Of a stretch of DNA of 64,000 nt, positions 37,835 to 47,632 are shown one piece after another. This DNA is from a virus (taxonomy: Duplodnaviria > Caudoviricetes). A program made the translations under genes and the position numbers. The notes under the pieces are model-generated. The model searched no databases. It had not been told where the DNA came from and worked only from the letters and a program-made list of their open reading frames with translations. The stretch is from the IMG/VR virus record IMGVR_UViG_3300009103_000014, positions 16,404 to 80,403 of that record; one strand, written 5' to 3'. Numbering within the stretch: position 1 is the stretch's first letter; every line of letters starts with the position of its first letter.

Positions 37835-39406
37835 TTATATAACTACAAAAGGCATTGGCTCAATAAAGTCATCTTCACTTGATCTCATATCTTTTTGTAT
37901 ACTAGGGTCGTATGTTCCTAAAAATACAGCAATTCTCAAAGCCAAAACAAGAGCCATAACTAAATCGTCATGTTCTCCTGGCTTACTTTGGTAGCTATTA
38001 CCACTCGCTACAAATGTTTTTAACTGTGATATAAGAGGTTTACTATGAACTACTAGCTTTTGATTTTCTACTAGTTCTTTTAACTTGGCACAAGAAGCCA
38101 ATTTACTTTTATGTGTTGTATTAAATCCTTTTCTAAAGCGTCTAACGTGACCGCTTCTAGCAGGTTCACTCATAAAATATCCATGGATTGCTTCTTCGCC
38201 TACTTCTGCTATAGAAACTAGGGCCGCCTCTCCTAGCGTATTGTTTTCTACGCTGTAATAGATATTATTATTATCATTTGTAATGCCATAGATATATTTT
38301 GTAATCTGTTTTAAAATAGTTATTTGTTCTTGTATTGTTGTTTTATTATGTTGCCATTCAGCACATTGTTTCATACCTGGTAATTCAAATACTTGAATAG
38401 CACTATAGTCACCACCTGTACCTAAACTTGGATCTAATCCAAGCACATACGTCATTCCTTTTCTAGGTTTATGATACCAACGTACTTGTCCTTGTTTATA
38501 TAAAGGTTCATGTCCTTCTAAACTTGCTAATATAATTGGGTTGATTAGCGTCTCGTCAAATATGATAGGCTCACATTCGTGTTCACGTTTGAACCTTTCA
38601 ATTCCTATTCTTCCTCGCTCATCTTCAGCCCATTTTTTATCTCTATCAGGATGTTCATCCCATAAAGCCTTAAAGGCATGGAACCCGTTAACACCAACTT
38701 CATTAGCATTACCAAAGTTATCTAAAATTTTATTTGCTTCAGTCCATAATAACCAAAACTGGTCTTCGTCTGAATTTGGTGTAGAAGTAATAATCGCTTT
38801 ACCACCTGTTGCTAGTGTAGGTGAAATAGAAGTCCAAAATTCTGTTGCTATGTTATTTCGCACAAAGGCAAACTCATCACAATATAATAATGTAATGGAC
38901 ATACCTCTTCCTGTATTTTCTGTAGTCGCTTGTGATACAATTCTACTACCGTTCTCAAATTCAATTGATCCTCTATTGTAATTTGTAACACCTGCCCTAA
39001 TATAATCAGGACAAAGTTCATATCCATATCTAATACGTTGCATAATTTCTTGGGCGCCAGCGTATTTGTGTGCCGCAATTAATATTACACTATCGGGAAT
39101 AAACATAGCATACCATAATAAGTATCCAGCCGCTGTTGTAGTTTTACCCATTTGGCGACTTAACAAGTTTATACTAAATCTATTTTTATGGTAACTATCT
39201 GTTAATAATTCTTGGAATGGGTACGGTTTATATAACAACTTTCCATCAACAGGATGTTGTATATGGAAATAATTTTCAAGAAAATGCTTTGGACCACCAA
39301 CAGGGTCGGCACAAGCCACAAAACTGTCAATTTGTTCTTTAGTAAACTGTTGACCTTTGTTAGCTTTTTTAACTAAAACACCATCTAAAGTTTTATTACT
39401 GCTCAT
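37835..39406 (-). CDS. gp17: Terminase large subunit (T4 gp17-like)
   Basis: YPFQ, SRQMGKTT, LLYCDEFAF, ITSTPN, GLDPSLG.GGDYS and HDDLVMA. Confidence 0.95.
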   Translation of the reverse strand: MSSNKTLDGVLVKKANKGQQFTKEQIDSFVACADPVGGPKHFLENYFHIQHPVDGKLLYKPYPFQELLTDSYHKNRFSINLLSRQMGKTTTAAGYLLWYAMFIPDSVILIAAHKYAGAQEIMQRIRYGYELCPDYIRAGVTNYNRGSIEFENGSRIVSQATTENTGRGMSITLLYCDEFAFVRNNIATEFWTSISPTLATGGKAIITSTPNSDEDQFWLLWTEANKILDNFGNANEVGVNGFHAFKALWDEHPDRDKKWAEDERGRIGIERFKREHECEPIIFDETLINPIILASLEGHEPLYKQGQVRWYHKPRKGMTYVLGLDPSLGTGGDYSAIQVFELPGMKQCAEWQHNKTTIQEQITILKQITKYIYGITNDNNNIYYSVENNTLGEAALVSIAEVGEEAIHGYFMSEPARSGHVRRFRKGFNTTHKSKLASCAKLKELVENQKLVVHSKPLISQLKTFVASGNSYQSKPGEHDDLVMALVLALRIAVFLGTYDPSIQKDMRSSEDDFIEPMPFVVI

Positions 39407-39412
39407 ATACTG

Positions 39413-39418
39413 TATTTA
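39413..39418 (-). promoter_or_regulatory. Late promoter core for the terminase gene
   Basis: TAAATA 6 nt before ATG 39406, immediately after a terminator. Confidence 0.65.
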
Positions 39419-39421
39419 CTC

Positions 39422-39460
39422 AAAAAAAAGCCAGCTATATTACAAGCTGGCCATTTTTTT
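39422..39460 (-). terminator. Rho-independent terminator (possibly bidirectional)
   Basis: GCCAGCT-N8-AGCTGGC flanked by A8 and T7 tracts. Confidence 0.85.
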
Positions 39461-39486
39461 ATCTTATTATATGCTTTAAAAAGCTA

Positions 39487-40086
39487 TTATTCCATATCGT
39501 CGTATGATTTCTTTAATTTCATAACTATTCTGTTATGACCATCATTACCTACTGTTGGCATAGCTTTTGGTCTATTAATTCCACCTGATAATTTGTTTAA
39601 TTGTGTATCAGCATCAGCATATTGCTCATCTGGTGAGTTAGAATATTCGTCAACTGGTTCAGCACCATCTTGTGGCTGATTAATATCAGCATCTGTAACA
39701 GGTTTTAGTCCTGCTAAATTTAGAAGTGTTGATAAAGTAGTTGTATCCATAGAAACCATTTCAGGTTGTTCTGTTACTTCTTCTTCAGCTACTTCTTCTT
39801 CAGCAACTGGTTTGTCTTTAACGACAGCAATAACAGGTGTTTCTTCTACTTTAACTATATCTTCAGAAACTTCTTCTTTAGTTTCTTCAACTGCTTCTTC
39901 TTTTGCTTCATCAGTAGTTTCATCAGCTTCTTCGACTGCTGAGTCATTGTCTGTTTCTTCTACTTCTTTAATTGTTTTTTTAAATTCTGATTCTTCTTTT
40001 GCTTCGTTTTTAGCGTACTCTTCTTCCTGAATTTCTCTAAAAAGACCAGCAACTTTATGTAAATCAATTAATTTATTGTCTTCCAT
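39487..40086 (-). CDS. Glu-rich protein, probable head-internal or scaffold protein
   Basis: Very acidic; many VEE/VAE sites; LLNLAGL and Y.NSPDE.Y motifs. Confidence 0.65.
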   Translation of the reverse strand: MEDNKLIDLHKVAGLFREIQEEEYAKNEAKEESEFKKTIKEVEETDNDSAVEEADETTDEAKEEAVEETKEEVSEDIVKVEETPVIAVVKDKPVAEEEVAEEEVTEQPEMVSMDTTTLSTLLNLAGLKPVTDADINQPQDGAEPVDEYSNSPDEQYADADTQLNKLSGGINRPKAMPTVGNDGHNRIVMKLKKSYDDME

Positions 40087-40088
40087 AA

Positions 40089-40643
40089 TTATCTCCCTGC
40101 CACCGGTGATTTTGTACCTTGTGGCAAATCACTAGTTGTTTTAGCTTTTTCTGTTGTACCGCCAGCAATTTCAATTTCAGGTGTTTCTTTTACATTATTT
40201 AATTCTCTAATGAAACCTAATTTTGCTTCTGCTGGTGCTTCACCCGAAGCGTAATCGTTTCCAAGTTTTGTTTCATATTCTTGTCCTTGTGTTGCTACTG
40301 CTTCTTCTCTAGCAATTTCTTCCGGGTGTTCGCTATTAATAACAACAACTTGGTTTCCAGGAATTCCTGCTAAATTTACTAAATCAGCATGAACAACTTG
40401 AGGTGTACTTGGATATGTTAATGTAATTTCAAAAATTGTTACCTTGCTATTGCGAAGGTTTTGAAAGTCCATTGGGTGTTCTTGAATTGGCGTTACTTTA
40501 GGAGCCGTGATATCTTTAACATCATACTTGCCTAGAACCCTTTCAATTAGGTCCATCAAATCAGGTTCAGCTTCTATTGCCAGTTTAACCTTAAATTTAT
40601 ATTCTTTTATTGACTCTGTCAAGTATTCGTTAAATGACTTCAT
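40089..40643 (-). CDS. Protein with an N-terminal T4-type capsid-targeting-like sequence
   Basis: MKSFNEYLTE after a GGAG RBS; TAAATA at 40668-73. Confidence 0.65.
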   Translation of the reverse strand: MKSFNEYLTESIKEYKFKVKLAIEAEPDLMDLIERVLGKYDVKDITAPKVTPIQEHPMDFQNLRNSKVTIFEITLTYPSTPQVVHADLVNLAGIPGNQVVVINSEHPEEIAREEAVATQGQEYETKLGNDYASGEAPAEAKLGFIRELNNVKETPEIEIAGGTTEKAKTTSDLPQGTKSPVAGR

Positions 40644-40666
40644 TTCAATCTCCATTTGTATTATAA

Positions 40667-41185
40667 CTATTTATTATCTTTTGTGTCATTTTTGCTAAGA
40701 ATTCTCTCTAATAACTCGTTACGATTTAATATAGTTGCTTCGCCAGTTTCAGCACCATCACCTAGTTTACCCATATCACGGTCTATTCTAGCGTCTAAGG
40801 CCTTCTTACGAAGCTGTAATTCTACCATTTTTAGCTTTTTATCTATCTTAGCCTGCTTGGCATTCAATGTAATAGTTAACATTTTACTAGCTGTATCAAA
40901 TATTTGTCCACTAAATCTAGCTTCTACGTTCATACCTAAGTCCATTAGGTTATTAAAAGAATCTTCTGCCTTGCCGGCAATTTCATCCATTTCTTTATCA
41001 TTTGCTGTTAAATTCTCAACTCCTGCCAATGCTGATTCAATAGTATCTACTTGTTTTAACTCTTTTTCTACTTTATCTACTGTTTCCAAAGACTTATGTG
41101 GATCAACCTCTTCAGGGAGAGCTGTACTATCATCTTTATCTACATTGGGGGCTATATTTAGAAGCTCTTCTAGTTTTTTTGTCAT
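40667..41185 (-). CDS. Probable terminase small subunit (gp16-like)
   Basis: Helical/coiled 172-aa protein upstream of gp17; TAAATA at 41211-16. Confidence 0.55.
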   Translation of the reverse strand: MTKKLEELLNIAPNVDKDDSTALPEEVDPHKSLETVDKVEKELKQVDTIESALAGVENLTANDKEMDEIAGKAEDSFNNLMDLGMNVEARFSGQIFDTASKMLTITLNAKQAKIDKKLKMVELQLRKKALDARIDRDMGKLGDGAETGEATILNRNELLERILSKNDTKDNK

Positions 41186-41213
41186 GTTTAAACCTTATTA
41201 GTAATAAAGGTAT

Positions 41214-41660
41214 TTAGCGACGGCGTTTTCCTTGATGAAACAAATCGTTTTCTGTTACTACCCTAAAACGTATACCTTTTTGTTTACACCAGGCTGTTGC
41301 GGCCTCCCATTTAGCCATATTTTGTACTACAGCCATTTGTCTATTTTTACTTTTACCAGCGGCTTCCATTGTGGATTGGTTACTAGGTTTAATTTCAACT
41401 ACTTCAGTTCTTTTCTTACCTTTAGCATCTTGATACTGTACAAAAAAATCTGGTACATAAGTTGTTGTTTTACCAGTTAAAGGATTTTTATAAGGAATTC
41501 GTACAGCTTCACTGGCCCAGCCTATAACACCGTGACTATTATCACAAAACGTCATAAAAGCGTGTTCCCAGCTTGATCTATAAATTGGTGTTTTTGTGCC
41601 GGCGTATTTGTCTGGATTCTTTAATGTGTATCGACCGCGGGCAACTCCCTTGCCTATCAT
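41214..41660 (-). CDS. gp4: Head completion nuclease (T4 gp4-like, TnsA/PD-(D/E)xK fold)
   Basis: NPDKY.G, YRSSWE, WASE..IPY, YVPDF, EIKP and N.AKW.AA. Confidence 0.9.
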   Translation of the reverse strand: MIGKGVARGRYTLKNPDKYAGTKTPIYRSSWEHAFMTFCDNSHGVIGWASEAVRIPYKNPLTGKTTTYVPDFFVQYQDAKGKKRTEVVEIKPSNQSTMEAAGKSKNRQMAVVQNMAKWEAATAWCKQKGIRFRVVTENDLFHQGKRRR

Positions 41661-42040
41661 TCAATGATGTTCCTTAATACATTTGGGTTTGCTGTTCTAG
41701 AATTAGCGTATCCTAAGACACTAGTTTTTATTCTATAACTGTTTATAATAGCTATTAAATTTTTTTGTACGTCGTTAATATTTTCTGATTCTAATCTTTC
41801 TATTAAAGACATTATATCATATCCACCATTATAAGCAATCTCAAACAGACTATCTGTTAATGTACTTGCTGTTGTTTGATCATCATTTGTTTTTCTTAAA
41901 AAGAAAGATTTAACTGCTTGATGTTGTGCGGCATCAATAGATATATTTTGATTAAAATATCCATTAAAAAAATCTACTGTTTTTTCTTTTGATTCTACGT
42001 TTTGATCTACGTTTGTACTAGCATATAAATTCTCAGCCAT
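41657..42040 (-). CDS. Hypothetical protein in the tail gene cluster
   Basis: 127-aa coupled ORF. Confidence 0.7.
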   Translation of the reverse strand: MAENLYASTNVDQNVESKEKTVDFFNGYFNQNISIDAAQHQAVKSFFLRKTNDDQTTASTLTDSLFEIAYNGGYDIMSLIERLESENINDVQKNLIAIINSYRIKTSVLGYANSRTANPNVLRNIIE

Positions 42041-43590
42041 TATTCACCTGCCTCTGGAGTCCAAGTACTAGAATTATTCTTTTTAACAATATATGGTTCG
42101 CCGTCAATTTCTGCTAGTTCTGAACCTTTAGCAATTGATTGTCCTGTATAAGCTGTAGCGTCTTGATGAGGATTACTTGCTGTTCCGTATGTTGTGCTTC
42201 TCGAAGAAGCAGACGAAGAACTTAATTGTGTGTTTACTTCACCTTTACTAGTTGTTGCTCCACCTAATGTGTTTATTATTGTACCTGCGGCCGCACCAGC
42301 AATAACTCCTTTAACCATTCCTTTAATATCACCGTCCATGATAGCACCTGCGGCGGCTCCAACAATAAGAGATTTAGTCATTGTACTCATATTAAATCCT
42401 GATTGTACTCTGCTATTTCCACCTTCTGGAACTCCCATTCCACCAAACTCCATCCCGCCAGCACTAGCAACTGATCCAGCACCACCACTCGCGTCAGCTT
42501 GTAAGTACGCCATTGGGCCAGCGGCAAACGGTTGTGTACCTTGAACAGCATTTCCGTCTTCACCAGTAACTGTGCCTGTGCCTGTTATAAAATTCGTTTT
42601 AGGTAATGGGTTAAATTTTCTTGCGACGCTTTGACCGGCTGATCCTGGGAAGGCAAATGGATTTTCACCTTTTAATGCTTTACGAACTCCCTGACTTATT
42701 TCAGAATTTACAAAACTTTTTAAATCAACATTTTGGAAATTTTGAAATGTTCTTAAACCTTGTATTGCGGCACTTCCAAATTTTCCTGAAGCTAAATCCT
42801 GAGACATTTGTCCAGTAGCATCAAATAAACCGCCTACACCAAATAATGATGTTGTACCTCCGCCTTCTGGCGACAATGGACTTGCTTTTTTATCATAGTG
42901 TAAATCACCAAAGCCTGTCGGCGAACCTACACCACCAATAAAACCAGTAGCATATTTTACAAGTTCATATTCAACTTGCATTATATTTTCTAATACATCA
43001 CTTTGACTATGATCATGACTGTCATGATTATAATTTGTTAGTAATGGATTAATTAATGTGTATTCTGTAAACTTTTTACCGTATATACTATAAATTCTTA
43101 TATCATCAAAAAACGGTTCGTGATTTGCTCTTTCATAACCAAACATTCTAGCAACTCTAGGGCCATATGTATCTTTATACCTATAAGTAGCGAAATTTTC
43201 ATATGCTTGATCAGTATAGTAATAATCCATGTAAGCATACCACATATTTCGTGATATGTCTGCCATATCATCGTGTATTCGTATGTTTATAGGATTAAAA
43301 TTTAATTTAGATTGAATATTTCTGACACGATTGTATTGATTCATCTGAGTTGTGTCAAAAGTGTATGTTGGTAATTCAACTGATTTTACCAACATACTTA
43401 TTTCTCTTTTTGTTTCGTCTTTTACTATAGCCGCCGCTGTTGGCGACAAGTTAAACACGACATAAAATAAAAACTTTTGCTTCGGTGCTAACCTAAAATT
43501 ACCATCTCTAAAAGTTCTAGAGGCGTGTTGGTAATCTCTTATAGCTTTCCGACCGGTTAAGGCATTAAGAAAAGCGTTCATGCTCCCCAT
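42040..43590 (-). CDS. Tail-tube-fold protein (tube initiator/baseplate-like) with a Gly-rich C-terminal extension
   Basis: VKSVELPTY.F....NQYNR...Q.K..F.PI.I..HDD, a gp19-like pattern; follows the tube gene. Confidence 0.7.
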   Translation of the reverse strand: MGSMNAFLNALTGRKAIRDYQHASRTFRDGNFRLAPKQKFLFYVVFNLSPTAAAIVKDETKREISMLVKSVELPTYTFDTTQMNQYNRVRNIQSKLNFNPINIRIHDDMADISRNMWYAYMDYYYTDQAYENFATYRYKDTYGPRVARMFGYERANHEPFFDDIRIYSIYGKKFTEYTLINPLLTNYNHDSHDHSQSDVLENIMQVEYELVKYATGFIGGVGSPTGFGDLHYDKKASPLSPEGGGTTSLFGVGGLFDATGQMSQDLASGKFGSAAIQGLRTFQNFQNVDLKSFVNSEISQGVRKALKGENPFAFPGSAGQSVARKFNPLPKTNFITGTGTVTGEDGNAVQGTQPFAAGPMAYLQADASGGAGSVASAGGMEFGGMGVPEGGNSRVQSGFNMSTMTKSLIVGAAAGAIMDGDIKGMVKGVIAGAAAGTIINTLGGATTSKGEVNTQLSSSSASSRSTTYGTASNPHQDATAYTGQSIAKGSELAEIDGEPYIVKKNNSSTWTPEAGE

Positions 43591-43596
43591 GGCGCC

Positions 43597-44223
43597 TTAC
43601 CCCGTAATAACTTGTCCTGCCGCTCTAGCCACTGCCGCGCCTATACCTGCTCCGCCGGCTCCAGCTGGTAATTGTACCGCATTATCAAATCTAATTGACA
43701 TAGTAACACTTGCTGGTTCTGATGAAGCATAGTTCAAGTCATTGTAATTAACATTCTCAATATAACAACCATATAGTTCCCACTCTTCTAATGAAGTAGG
43801 AGCAGATGATCCGTTACCGCCATCTAATAGCTCAAATCTTGTTAAGAACTTATAATCAATACCAGCTGAAGCTGATGCTTGTTCCATGAAGTCAAATTGC
43901 TTCTGAACTTGCTCGCCTACTAGTTTTGATACATTACTTGAAACGTCATCTCTTATATTAACTGTAACGGGGTCCCACGTATGTTTCCCAATTATATTAA
44001 TCTTAGAGTTATAAACATCTACAGGAATTTGCTCAAAGTTAACGCTTGGACGGGTTACATCCATAACCTGTTTTGTAAGTTCTGCTCTTGAAGTAGATAC
44101 TCCAAAATTCTCAAAACTCACTCTAAAGCGATATTTAAGTTTTGGCATAAGCAGACCTTGTGAACTTGCACTTTGTCCGCCTGCTAGTGGAACAGTAAAC
44201 TTGTTTAATGAACTTACTGACAT
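43597..44223 (-). CDS. gp19: Tail tube protein (T4 gp19-like)
   Basis: PKLKYRFRV, GKHTWDPVTVNIRDD, WELYGC and RFDNA; downstream of the sheath gene; TAAATA at 44249-54. Confidence 0.88.
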   Translation of the reverse strand: MSVSSLNKFTVPLAGGQSASSQGLLMPKLKYRFRVSFENFGVSTSRAELTKQVMDVTRPSVNFEQIPVDVYNSKINIIGKHTWDPVTVNIRDDVSSNVSKLVGEQVQKQFDFMEQASASAGIDYKFLTRFELLDGGNGSSAPTSLEEWELYGCYIENVNYNDLNYASSEPASVTMSIRFDNAVQLPAGAGGAGIGAAVARAAGQVITG

Positions 44224-44271
44224 TTGTACGTCTCCTTTATTATAATATTATTTATCATATCTTTCGACCTA

Positions 44272-44300
44272 TAAATTAGGCGGCATAACCGCCTAATTTA
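44272..44300 (-). terminator. Perfect 12-bp hairpin between the sheath and tube genes
   Basis: TAAATTAGGCGG-CATAA-CCGCCTAATTTA. Confidence 0.7.
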
Positions 44301-44314
44301 ATTGATTCAATTAA

Positions 44315-47300
44315 TTATACCCCTGATATAGACCCAGTATTCTGTATTCTTACTGGAATGTATATAAACTCAACACTCTTAACAGGTTCAACAGCAACGT
44401 CAATATATAATTCGTTTCTATCTATTCTGTCTGATGTGTTATTAGTTTCATCACAAACTACCAAGTAGTCGTATAATCCACGTTTAGCAACCAAGTCATT
44501 CATTAGTGACTCAACAACACCTTTAACTTCATCTCTAGTTAACTTGTCGTTTGGTTCAAATACAAATGGTTTTGTAATTTCGCCTAGTCTTTCTCTAATA
44601 TAAGCTACTAATCTAGCAACGTTAATTCTGTCTAACGCTGAAGCAGAGCTATGTCTTGTTTTGTTACCAAAGTTTAATATACCTACACCTGGGAAAAATG
44701 ATATAGGATTAATTTTATTTTCATATAACGTATCTCTTAAAGATTCTCTAATACCTACAGTTTGGAATTCACCTGTCGCTTTGTCAATGTGACCCAATGC
44801 TGTAGCATTATCTACGCCACCTCGTCTAGTACCAGCTGGAGCAAACCAAGGAAAACTAGCATCATCTGAACGTAATATTGTTCTCAATGCCATGTGTGTA
44901 GGCGGAACAACAACTTTGTTTCCGTCTAAGTCTGTTGTGTTACCCGCTGGATAAAACACACCTTGATAAGTGTCTGCTGTAACTAGTCCATCTTCATCAT
45001 TGTCAATAGCTAATTTAGTATTACTAGCCCAGTTCTGAATATCAGTACTATTTGGTGCTAATCTAAATGGAGCATCTCCAAGAATAAAGCCAGTGTTACG
45101 TCTTTCATTATTAAGAGCTACTAGGTTAGCCATAAGTTCTGGATATCCAGGAGCAACTAATAAGTTAAAGTTACGTTGTTCTTCACGAATCTCTGCTGAT
45201 GTTTTAACAGCTGACTTCATAGCTGATACAACAACGTTACGTTGAGCAAATCTGCCCATAAACGGTGAACCATCATTTTTCAATCCTGAAGTTGTTACCC
45301 AAGCATTTGTTTCTGTAGGTAAAGTTTCACCTGCGAAATCAGTAGCATTAAAGTAACTCTTAGTATATTTTTTAACACAATTCGAGCTTCTTCTTAAGTT
45401 ATATGCTAGTGTGCCTTTTGGATATAAGGCGGCACTTGGAGCATCTAAGTCTAAGTAGTCACTCTTTAACAATGTTTTTGTTGATGTCATTGATGATGTT
45501 GTTACATCATCAGTACCACTATCATGGAATCTAAAGTCAGCAAATACAATACCATCTTCAGTAGTTTGGTCAGCATTATCAATCAATACCCATTTATCTT
45601 CACCAGATACACTTTCGTATCTGTTAAGTTTAGGATAAGCATCTAAATCTGAACTGTCTAACCATAAGTCACCATATACCAATGCTGTCTTATCTGACTG
45701 GGCTGTGGGCTCACTTGCTGAAACAATTACACCATTTGGTGAAGTGTTTGACAAGTTAAAACCTCTAGCATCAGAAGTAACATTTTGGTAACCTTTCCAA
45801 GCTGACCCATCATGTATCATTACATCAACTTCATCTACAGCCGCACTAAACCAAAGTCTTCCATCTGCTGGATCGCTAGTTGGTTGTGTGTTTGAAGCTG
45901 TATATGTGTAAGTTTTCCAATTTGATATAATAAGATCACTGTTATTACCTGATCTTACTGTATCGTCGTCTGTACTAATACCAGCGTCAGCTATCGGAGT
46001 ACCACTTGTATCTTTAACTACAATAACACCACCTAAATCATGTGTTAAAGTAATTTTATTAGTAGTAGTATCTCTTGATACTGATAAATTGGAAATGTTT
46101 TTAGCTGTTAAGTCTGCTACAAACGTTTCAGCAGTTGTACCACTCATAGTAACTGTTACTGCCGCTGGTAAAGTTGCTGTCTTATCTGAAACTTGAATTG
46201 TGAACGTTTCAGACGCTGTAAAGCTAGGACTATCAACACCGCTCGCTGTAGTAACTCCTTTGGCGTGTCTAGTATAGAATCTATATCCTACTCTTCCGTT
46301 GTCTGCTGGATCGTATTTTACATACATAGTATCAGCTTCAACATTTAATCCGCCGCCTGCTTTATCTAAACCAAAGTTAGCTGATTGATCATTTTGATAA
46401 ATCGGAGCTGTTAACGTTTCAAATAAAGAAGTATTAGAGTTATATTTTTTCAAACTAACATTAGCACCTAAGTTAGGTGTAGTAGTTTTAATCCACATAG
46501 CACCACTTGGTCTAGTGTAAGTATCTGCTGTTTTCCATTCAGGTACGCTAGTGTGAGCCGCTACTGTTAAAATAGGGCCATAATAAGTACCAGCAGTTAA
46601 CCCACAGACTGTGAGGATTGTACCTGTGCCGTTCGCTAGTACGATTGTAGCATTAGCTGTTGAATCTCCACCTGATGAACTATCAGCATAAATCTGTAAT
46701 TTGTTATTAACTACATCAGCAGTAACTCCAGTTAATGAAGCACCGTTAATATCTGATGCCATTGTAGTAACTGTAGTTCCTGAAGCTGTAACAACATTAC
46801 CATTAATAGAAATTGTATTACCAGCAACAATAGTTGGTGAACTTTCTGTTCCTGCTATTGTTGGGAATGATTTCTGCCAAGTAGATGTTCCAACTTGTGT
46901 CCAAGCATTGTTAGACTTTTTGTAAAATAACGGGTTTTGTGTATTAGTAGCATCAATGGCGTAATCGCCTATTGATCCAAAAGCCGCTTTAGGAACTGAA
47001 CCGGAAATATCATTTGAATCTGTAATAACTTTTGGTACTTTGTTTTCGAACTTCTGTGTAGAAGCATTCCAAACTTGGACACCAAATAATGTTTTACTAG
47101 TATCAAACCATTGTGTATTTGCCGCTGGTGTTCCTGTAGGTCTTCCAGCTGATGTAATTATTTCTGATAAATCTACATCTGCTCTTAATACATAAGCTCT
47201 GTTACTAACACCTAATACGCTGTAGGCCGCTAATAATCCGTACTCGTTTGGTTCAATACCATGTAACGGAGTACCACTTGTATTCTTATAAAAATTAGGC

Positions 47301-47515
47301 TCACCGTAGGTTGTCACCAACTCTCTTTGAGACCCAATTAAATATGTTTTTTCTGCATTTGCTTTAGTAGTACCTGCCGCCGTTGCGGTGCTTGTACCAC
47401 TAGTTTTGTCTTGGGCTGTGGCGATAACAATTAACGGAATCGTTCCAACTGCCGTTGGAGCGTATTGCGATTCGTCTGTTACACTAACCTGTATGCCCGG
47501 TGATATAAGTGCCAT
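44315..47515 (-). CDS. gp18: Contractile tail sheath protein (T4 gp18-like) with large insertion domains
   Basis: MALISPGIQV, PWFAPAG..RG, RDTLYENKINPI, LDRINVARL, FEPND, VVCDETNN and P.KSVEFIYIP. Confidence 0.95.
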   Translation of the reverse strand: MALISPGIQVSVTDESQYAPTAVGTIPLIVIATAQDKTSGTSTATAAGTTKANAEKTYLIGSQRELVTTYGEPNFYKNTSGTPLHGIEPNEYGLLAAYSVLGVSNRAYVLRADVDLSEIITSAGRPTGTPAANTQWFDTSKTLFGVQVWNASTQKFENKVPKVITDSNDISGSVPKAAFGSIGDYAIDATNTQNPLFYKKSNNAWTQVGTSTWQKSFPTIAGTESSPTIVAGNTISINGNVVTASGTTVTTMASDINGASLTGVTADVVNNKLQIYADSSSGGDSTANATIVLANGTGTILTVCGLTAGTYYGPILTVAAHTSVPEWKTADTYTRPSGAMWIKTTTPNLGANVSLKKYNSNTSLFETLTAPIYQNDQSANFGLDKAGGGLNVEADTMYVKYDPADNGRVGYRFYTRHAKGVTTASGVDSPSFTASETFTIQVSDKTATLPAAVTVTMSGTTAETFVADLTAKNISNLSVSRDTTTNKITLTHDLGGVIVVKDTSGTPIADAGISTDDDTVRSGNNSDLIISNWKTYTYTASNTQPTSDPADGRLWFSAAVDEVDVMIHDGSAWKGYQNVTSDARGFNLSNTSPNGVIVSASEPTAQSDKTALVYGDLWLDSSDLDAYPKLNRYESVSGEDKWVLIDNADQTTEDGIVFADFRFHDSGTDDVTTSSMTSTKTLLKSDYLDLDAPSAALYPKGTLAYNLRRSSNCVKKYTKSYFNATDFAGETLPTETNAWVTTSGLKNDGSPFMGRFAQRNVVVSAMKSAVKTSAEIREEQRNFNLLVAPGYPELMANLVALNNERRNTGFILGDAPFRLAPNSTDIQNWASNTKLAIDNDEDGLVTADTYQGVFYPAGNTTDLDGNKVVVPPTHMALRTILRSDDASFPWFAPAGTRRGGVDNATALGHIDKATGEFQTVGIRESLRDTLYENKINPISFFPGVGILNFGNKTRHSSASALDRINVARLVAYIRERLGEITKPFVFEPNDKLTRDEVKGVVESLMNDLVAKRGLYDYLVVCDETNNTSDRIDRNELYIDVAVEPVKSVEFIYIPVRIQNTGSISGV

Positions 47516-47559
47516 TTTTTGTCCTCACTAATAAGTTTGTTATATCTTTTTTATAAGTG

Positions 47560-47627
47560 TATTTACCAATAATGTTGAAAAAGGCTCTAAATAAAAGCCC
47601 TTTATAAAGGGCACCAGCGAATAAATA
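47560..47627. promoter_or_regulatory. Divergent late promoter region with a 16-bp palindrome
   Basis: Minus-strand TAAATA at 47560-65, plus-strand TAAATA at 47622-27, GCCCTTTATAAAGGGC at 47597-47612. Confidence 0.6.
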
Positions 47628-47632
47628 CTGTT

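Noticed and set aside
37835-39406. Intein or intron in terminase, UvsW, UvsX or ThyX
   Set aside because: Lengths are ordinary and the motifs are continuous
41214-41660. TnsA-like nuclease as evidence of a Tn7 transposon
   Set aside because: Motifs and position among morphogenesis genes fit the T4 gp4 head completion protein; no TnsB/TnsC or transposon ends are present
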